Program-made: the position numbers and the translations under genes
In this document: in pieces, positions 39,028 to 44,032 of the stretch
How the letters are laid out: every line of letters begins with the position of its first letter
Position numbering within the stretch: the stretch's first letter is position 1
Notes under the pieces: generated by a model
Told to the model about the DNA's origin: nothing
The model's input: the letters and a program-made list of their open reading frames with translations, nothing else
The model's database searches: none
DNA from: Fibrobacteria bacterium
GTDB taxonomy: Bacteria > Fibrobacterota > Chitinivibrionia > Chitinivibrionales > FEN-1185
DNA: 44,032 nt
Assembly (NCBI GenBank): GCA_037447435.1
Contig: JBBIGR010000043.1
Coordinates: 1 to 44,032 of the forward strand
Direction: 5' to 3'

Positions 39028-39852
39028 TTATGATCGCGCAAGTATGTCGATAAGTTTGGCGCAGCCGCCGTTTTGAATGAATCCGGTGTGCTCGTCTATG
39101 GTTTTAAATTTGCGGCCGCAAATCCTTTGGCATAAAAATTCCGATCCTGTTTCAGCGCCAAACGCCCGCAGGGATTTTTTTACCGCCGTATTTTTAAAAT
39201 AGGGTGGGGATTTACCCGGATTTTTCCTGCACCAGGCAAGGGTTTTCATCCAGATCGCGGCTCCCAGCGCTCCGCAGGCGTTTCCGCTCAAGCCGATGCC
39301 TCCGGCTAATCCGGCAACCGTGATCGCTTCTTCATCGCTTGCGCCCATTTTTCTGGCAACTTCACAAGCGCAACTCTTGGCTTGCGATAAACCCGTTTGT
39401 TGGCGAAGCAAGCCCTCTTTTGCCGAATCTATGGCCTCAAAAGTCCAGTCTTCCGCAAGGTTAAAACAGGAGAAAGTTTTACCGGTAACAAGATATTTCG
39501 CCATGCCGAAAACGTTTCGCAGATTGCAGCCCGTTATATACCTGCAATCCGTTGATTTTGTCCGTTTTGTAAATGCTTCGACGATGTGTTGTGCCGCTCC
39601 TACCGCCGCGGCAACGGCATGCTGGGGGTTTTTGTTCCTGCGATGCGCTTCCGCCCCTGCCGCCAAAGTCGCTCCCCACAGCATTCCGCATTGATGCCCA
39701 TGTCCGATTATTCCACCGGCAAGCGGATCCGATGCACGTTCCTCGTTCTCCTTATGAAAACCGAATTCCCGGTTCAGCAAGTAATAAAAAGTATGGGAAC
39801 ACATGCCGCATTTCGCAAACACTTTTTTCGTGTCGTTTTTCTTTGTTTTCAT
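39028..39852 (-). CDS. C-GCAxxG-C-C family protein, two domains
   Basis: AGGIIGHGHQCGMLWG and AGGIGLSGNACGALG, each followed by C..I/C. Confidence 0.8.
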   Translation of the reverse strand: MKTKKNDTKKVFAKCGMCSHTFYYLLNREFGFHKENEERASDPLAGGIIGHGHQCGMLWGATLAAGAEAHRRNKNPQHAVAAAVGAAQHIVEAFTKRTKSTDCRYITGCNLRNVFGMAKYLVTGKTFSCFNLAEDWTFEAIDSAKEGLLRQQTGLSQAKSCACEVARKMGASDEEAITVAGLAGGIGLSGNACGALGAAIWMKTLAWCRKNPGKSPPYFKNTAVKKSLRAFGAETGSEFLCQRICGRKFKTIDEHTGFIQNGGCAKLIDILARS

Positions 39853-41012
39853 ACGCCGCTTCTTTCCCGTTCTGCCACGGTTAAGTCCTTATTGAAAAGA
39901 AACGATATATACGTACCCCAACCAATGGCTATAACGAACATCATATACAGAAAATTAACAAACGGTATAATCGAAATAAGCAAACCCGCAAGCGCGCCGA
40001 TCATGAATTGATAATGGCGCTTTTCCACGTTCCATTTGAATTTTGACACCAGATATTTGCCGATAAAAGTCGTGCCGATGGTGTAGGTAATATAAAGAAG
40101 AGGAAAAAACGCCAGAATAAGCACGATGGCAAAGGGTATGGTCAAAATCAACAGAAAGCATAGTACGATCACCGCCGGGTACATAAGCATTGGAATAAGG
40201 CCCCATAAGGCGGTGTTCCAAAAAGTCCTTTCCGACTGTTTCGCATCCAGTTTTTTAAACACCGGAAAGAAAAGCAGCAGGCATCCAACCACCACGCAGG
40301 AAATAAACAACGCAATGGAAAGGATGTATTTGATAGACCGTATAAATTTGACGAAAGAGTTCCAGTTCTTGTCCATTTTATGGTTCTCTTTAAAAGTGAC
40401 GGTCCCAACGATTTTCGCCGCGTCCCGGTCGTTCATTTTCTCTTTCGACGAGTAAACAAGGTTGCCGAGGATTTTCCCCTTTTCACCAAAGAGAATCCTT
40501 CCGCTGTAAACGTTCACATTTCCCCGGATTTCATTGTTAATGACTATTTTGCCCGCAGCGGCGTAAAGGTCGCCGTTGATTTTGCCGTCAATTGCGAGGT
40601 CCGCGGCACCAACAAAAAGGTTGCCGGCTACGATTGCCTTGTCGCTCAACGTGAACGATTTACACCCTATATAGCTGTTGCTTGCAATCGATCCGTTGAC
40701 CACCACATCCATTCCGCCGGCAATGATCCCGTTGCCGGACGATCCGGAATATATCAGTTTTTCACATAACGCAATGAGCCCGAGTTTCGTTTTTCCCTCA
40801 AAGGTGAGGCGTTTGCCCAGGAAAACCAAATCTTCGGCCTGGCCCGAAAAATTGAGTTCATGGCCTAAAAAAAGATAATCCTCATCGAAAATTCCCGACT
40901 CGGTTTTTATAGATTCGTCCTTGTCCGTACAATAGTTATGAATGACCATTGCCGATGCCGACACGGCCAAACAAAAAACCATTCCGATTATGCCGTTTAT
41001 TTTATTTTTCAT
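39849..41012 (-). CDS. Bactofilin-like beta-helix membrane protein
   Basis: RBS GGAGG; signal peptide; IxGxIxGDL repeats; multi-TM C-terminus. Confidence 0.75.
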   Translation of the reverse strand: MKNKINGIIGMVFCLAVSASAMVIHNYCTDKDESIKTESGIFDEDYLFLGHELNFSGQAEDLVFLGKRLTFEGKTKLGLIALCEKLIYSGSSGNGIIAGGMDVVVNGSIASNSYIGCKSFTLSDKAIVAGNLFVGAADLAIDGKINGDLYAAAGKIVINNEIRGNVNVYSGRILFGEKGKILGNLVYSSKEKMNDRDAAKIVGTVTFKENHKMDKNWNSFVKFIRSIKYILSIALFISCVVVGCLLLFFPVFKKLDAKQSERTFWNTALWGLIPMLMYPAVIVLCFLLILTIPFAIVLILAFFPLLYITYTIGTTFIGKYLVSKFKWNVEKRHYQFMIGALAGLLISIIPFVNFLYMMFVIAIGWGTYISFLFNKDLTVAERERSGV

Positions 41013-41404
41013 ACGTCCTCCCTGTAAAACGTGCTTTTTTGTTCTAATCATTTTCTGTTGCATCATGCTCATCTGTTCGCCTTTGGGTCCAGATACGGCG
41101 TAGGCGGGAACAACCCTGAGTATGTATGCTCTAAAGATACGGCTTTACAATGGGGTTGGAAATCGATTTCAGGCGAGCGGTCGGTTTTTCACGTTGAGCG
41201 GTATTTAGAGAGACTTGGGCGGTGGTATGGCTTTTTATTTTTTTGAGTTTGATGATTTTATTGCGAATTATCGTCTTCTGGGAGAATTTGTTTTAAATGG
41301 CGAATTGTTAAGATTGCTTTTGAATGCGGAACACCTTTTCCATCAGAGATTTGGTTAGTTGCAAGTTCAACATCCTGAAACAATTCAATTTTTTAGAGCT
41401 CGTA

Positions 41405-41545
41405 TTATTTGTATATTTCTTTCCGATGACCAATGCGAAGGATTAATATGTCTTTATTTGTAATTGTATAGATTAATCTGTAATCTCCAAAGCGGTAACG
41501 GTAGCAGCCCCTAAAATCACCTTTTAACGGTTTCCCCAGAAATGG
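41405..41545 (-). pseudogene. 3' half of a RelE/StbE toxin (not in ORF track)
   Basis: Translates PFLGKPLKGDFRGCYRYRFGDYRLIYTITNKDILILRIGHRKEIYK*. Confidence 0.85.
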
Positions 41546-41597
41546 AAGTGGTAAAAGGGGATACGCCCGCCGGTCAAGATATGGCGATTGGTTAGGG
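41545..41597 (+). repeat. Right arm of an attC-like site
   Basis: 27-bp repeat shared with 42249-42275, then GGTCAAGATATGGCGATTG and core GTTAGGG. Confidence 0.6.
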
Positions 41598-41633
41598 CTT
41601 GAAGTGTATTGTTATTATAATTATATTTAATGT

Positions 41634-41930
41634 ATGAATCATATTGAATTTGACTGGGATCCGGTTAAGAATAAAAAGAACATTCTTAATCATGGTATTT
41701 CTTTCGAAGAGGCGCAAACGGTTTTTTATGATGAAAATGCACGTTTAATTCCCGATATTTTGCATTCCGAACAAGAAGAACGATTTATTATTCTTGGTTA
41801 TAGTTCCAAAGCAAAACTACTAACAGTGTGCCATTGTTACAGAAAGAACAATAAGATAATTCGTTTGATTTCTGCACGAAAGGCAACAAAATCTGAAACA
41901 AACCAATATTATCAATTTAGCCAGGGGTAA
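41634..41930 (+). CDS. brnT: BrnT family toxin
   Basis: FDWD..KN..N..HGISFEEA, EERF..LG, IRLISARKA; TTGAAG-N17-TATATT ends 6 bp before the ATG. Confidence 0.92.
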   Translation: MNHIEFDWDPVKNKKNILNHGISFEEAQTVFYDENARLIPDILHSEQEERFIILGYSSKAKLLTVCHCYRKNNKIIRLISARKATKSETNQYYQFSQG

Positions 41931-41934
41931 AAAT

Positions 41935-42165
41935 ATGCGTAAAAATTATGATTTTTCCAAATCTATTAAAAATCCTTACATTAAAAAACTGAAAAAGCAA
42001 GTGACAATTCGTTTAGAAAACGATACGATTGATTATTTCAAAACAATTGCCGCTGATGCCGATATTCCTTACCAAAAACTAATTAATTTATTTTTGCGAG
42101 ACTGTGCCGAAACTCACAAAAAACCTGAAATTCATTGGAAGCCTCAACGTAAACATGCTGCATAA
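41935..42165 (+). CDS. brnA: BrnA family antitoxin
   Basis: YDFSK..KNPY..KQVTIRL..YFK..PYQKLIN. Confidence 0.9.
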   Translation: MRKNYDFSKSIKNPYIKKLKKQVTIRLENDTIDYFKTIAADADIPYQKLINLFLRDCAETHKKPEIHWKPQRKHAA

Positions 42166-42189
42166 GTCTTTCTTGTTTTGTATTTTTCA

Positions 42190-42353
42190 GCCCTACTATA
42201 GCGCTAATTCGCGAGTGACGCGTCCTCGCGAAGTACCCGAAGCAAAGCGAAGTGGTAAAAGGGGATACGCCCGCCAACATCTGTCCTTAAAGAAACCTTT
42301 CGGCCGCTGAGCTTGTCGAAGTGCGCGCACGCCCACCAGATACCATGTTATAA
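42190..42353 (+). repeat. Degenerate or composite attC-like site
   Basis: GCCCTAC inverse-core-like, arm 17/20 identical to 43855-43874, 27-bp repeat, ends CACGCCCACCAGATACCAT-GTTATAA. Confidence 0.55.
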
Positions 42354-42436
42354 AAGTTCTTGCAAGGGCTCAATAAAAAAGGCTGCCTTCTAAAGAGTAT
42401 TAACTGTCAGCCAATCTTTTAACCGTCTATTATCCG

Positions 42437-42652
42437 TTAGGCCCATTTTGTATGAAGTTTTCTCTGTGATGTTGCGCAATCCGCTAAATATGAGTCAATT
42501 AAATTTTGATAGGGGACTCCAGTTTCATTGGCCATTTCCCTAAAGTATTCAAGAGTTCCTGATGCTATTCGTATAGTAATTTGTTTTTTTAATTTCATAG
42601 CATAAGGATTTTTACGACTTTTCATTTTACTAAAATCATAATGTGTTTTCAT
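42437..42652 (-). CDS. brnA: BrnA family antitoxin (second copy)
   Basis: YDFSKM..KNPY..KQITIRI..YF..PYQNLI. Confidence 0.9.
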   Translation of the reverse strand: MKTHYDFSKMKSRKNPYAMKLKKQITIRIASGTLEYFREMANETGVPYQNLIDSYLADCATSQRKLHTKWA

Positions 42653-42772
42653 TTTATTCCTCCTGCAAAATAATCCAAAGTTTCTTTTTTATCTGCTTTT
42701 CGTATTGATATTATTCTAATGATTTTCTCCGATTCCCTATAACAATAGGAAATAACCAATACCCTCAAGTTT
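42649..42772 (-). pseudogene. 3' remnant of a BrnT toxin, cut by IS
   Basis: Translates NLRVLVISYCYRESEKIIRIISIRKADKKETLDYFAGGIK*, stop overlapping the brnA ATG. Confidence 0.85.
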
Positions 42773-43172
42773 TGTATAATGGTCTGAGAATTTGATACAG
42801 AAAAAAGCGATACGATAAGTGGTTTCCTCTGGTATTTTCAAAATAAACCAAGGAGCCAGAATGAGCAACAAAACAAGAAGAGAACGTCGGAATCACGATG
42901 ATGCCTTTAAGGCAAAAGTCGCGATAGAAGCGATTAAGGAAGCGTCTACGATAAGCGAATTGGCGACAAAGTACGCAGTACATCCCAATCAGATCCGGCA
43001 ATGGAAAGCCCATTTTCTTGAGAATGCGGCTAGTGTTTTCGGTGGAAACAAAGACGAGCAGCAAGAGCTTCAACAGTTGAAACAGGAGCGCGAGCTTCTC
43101 CACCAGCAAATCGGCCTTCAAACGATGGACATTGCATTTCTAAAAAAAGCGCATGGTTATGCCTGGAGTTTT
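42773..43172 (+). mobile_element. Truncated IS3-family element (left end and orfA from 42861; orfB missing)
   Basis: Begins TG; orfA RRNHDDAFKAKVAIEA..ELATKYAVHPNQIRQWK; A7G frameshift window at 43142-43149. Confidence 0.8.
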
Positions 43173-43448
43173 TCAGACTGCTTCTTTATAAAAGCCACTT
43201 GCATATTTGTGAAGAACGCTACCAATTAATGTTTGGTAAGGCATTCCTTCACGTGCAGCTCTTCTCTGGATAGAGTCAAGATCATTTTCCGCAATTCTTA
43301 TATTTATTTTTCTGTTTTTCTTCATCGTATTTCGGGCGATTTCACGGAAATCAGTTTTAGATTTAGAAGGTTTTAATTTGCCTTTTTCAAATGCATCCAA
43401 TATTTCTTTTTCATAATCATCTAATTCAATTGTTTTGATTTTATTCAT
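43173..43448 (-). CDS. CopG/RHH-type antitoxin
   Basis: LDDYEKEIL, KINIRI, AAREGMPYQTLIGSVLHKY. Confidence 0.88.
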   Translation of the reverse strand: MNKIKTIELDDYEKEILDAFEKGKLKPSKSKTDFREIARNTMKKNRKINIRIAENDLDSIQRRAAREGMPYQTLIGSVLHKYASGFYKEAV

Positions 43449-43722
43449 TGTGTCCTCCCAAATACTTTTTGGTCGCTTTTCTGCTTGGTATTATTGTTTT
43501 CAAGAAATATTCATCGCCATTAACTACACATGGAATCAAATATGCATATTGATTTATTTCTAAAGTTATAATTTTCTGATTTGGATATTTAATTTTGTTT
43601 GGATGATCATTTTCAATGTATCTATTTCCAGCTTCAATTTTTTGTACAACTTCTTCGAAAGTAATTCCTCGTTCTTTCGCCAACCATTCGTTTTTTTCAG
43701 CATTCCATTTAAATATCTTCAT
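43441..43722 (-). CDS. BrnT-like toxin
   Basis: FKWNAEKNEWLAKERGITFEE, HPN..KYPNQ, FLKTIIPSRK; TTGACA-N17-TATATT ends 6 bp before the ATG. Confidence 0.88.
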   Translation of the reverse strand: MKIFKWNAEKNEWLAKERGITFEEVVQKIEAGNRYIENDHPNKIKYPNQKIITLEINQYAYLIPCVVNGDEYFLKTIIPSRKATKKYLGGHNE

Positions 43723-43845
43723 GATTAAAATATAAGGCAATGTGGAGACAATGTCAATAATTAAATACAACTATATAATATGATGTAACAACCTGATAAT
43801 AAAAAAGATATGCGCACGATTCGATTGTTTTATTGCATTATATTG

Positions 43846-43988
43846 GCATAACATTGGCGATAATTTGCGAGTGATACGACCGCATATTATGAACCGCTAA
43901 CCTCACGACAATCCAGGTAGAAATCCGTAGCGTCAACCCGAAACGTCAGGCCGTGGCCCACCGGTCAAAATTGAACGACTTGATATTA
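43846..43988 (+). repeat. Degenerate attC-like site
   Basis: GCATAAC inverse core; GATAATTTGC / GTCAAAATTGAAC inner arms; core position reads GATATTA instead of GTTRRRY. Confidence 0.55.
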
Positions 43989-44032
43989 TAGATAAAGGCC
44001 CCCGTTACGGAAGAAAGTTATCTTTTAAGATG

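Noticed and set aside
41080..41400. Further attC-like pieces (GTTAAGA 41307, GTTAGTT 41354)
   Set aside because: No convincing paired arms could be assembled by eye
42306..42321. GCTGAGCTTGTCGAAG short repeat-like motif
   Set aside because: Resembles a dispersed palindromic repeat but is single-copy here
573..43121. Numerous short ORFs antisense to or overlapping the called genes
   Set aside because: Shadow ORFs with no motifs, explained by the opposite-strand coding sequence
1..44032. tRNA, rRNA, CRISPR array, riboswitch or stop-codon recoding
   Set aside because: None recognised by eye; covariance-model searches were not run

Overview
44-kb chromosomal segment from an anaerobic, cellulolytic diderm bacterium. 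A TIGR02147-type regulator and C-terminal sorting-like tails on the cellulases suggest Fibrobacterota (inference). Contents, in order: HhH DNA-glycosylase-like gene, NqrF-like oxidoreductase, PTS enzyme I, a tandem pair of divergent P-II genes plus GNAT, GH9-CBM3 and GH5 cellulases divergent from a TIGR02147 regulator/LamG lipoprotein pair, an amtB-glnK-porin-like operon downstream of a NifA-like sigma54 activator and a stand-alone copy of its HTH domain, a TetR-TolC-MFP-RND efflux operon, an S41 protease cluster, a frameshifted expansin, nfnAB, a secreted double-AhpD protein, and a cysteine desulfurase-rhodanese cluster. The right end is a decayed integron-cassette-like array of toxin-antitoxin modules with attC-like sites and an IS3 remnant. 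The most notable signal is a candidate sigma54 nitrogen regulon. The amtB promoter and the promoter of the odd P-II pair, about 11.6 kb apart, share the same layout: two ACA-N4-TGT boxes 29-30 bp apart, the nearer one 69 bp from the -24 GG. A sigma54-driven mini-HTH gene could act as a feedback competitor. All product calls come from motif recognition by eye; no database search was run.
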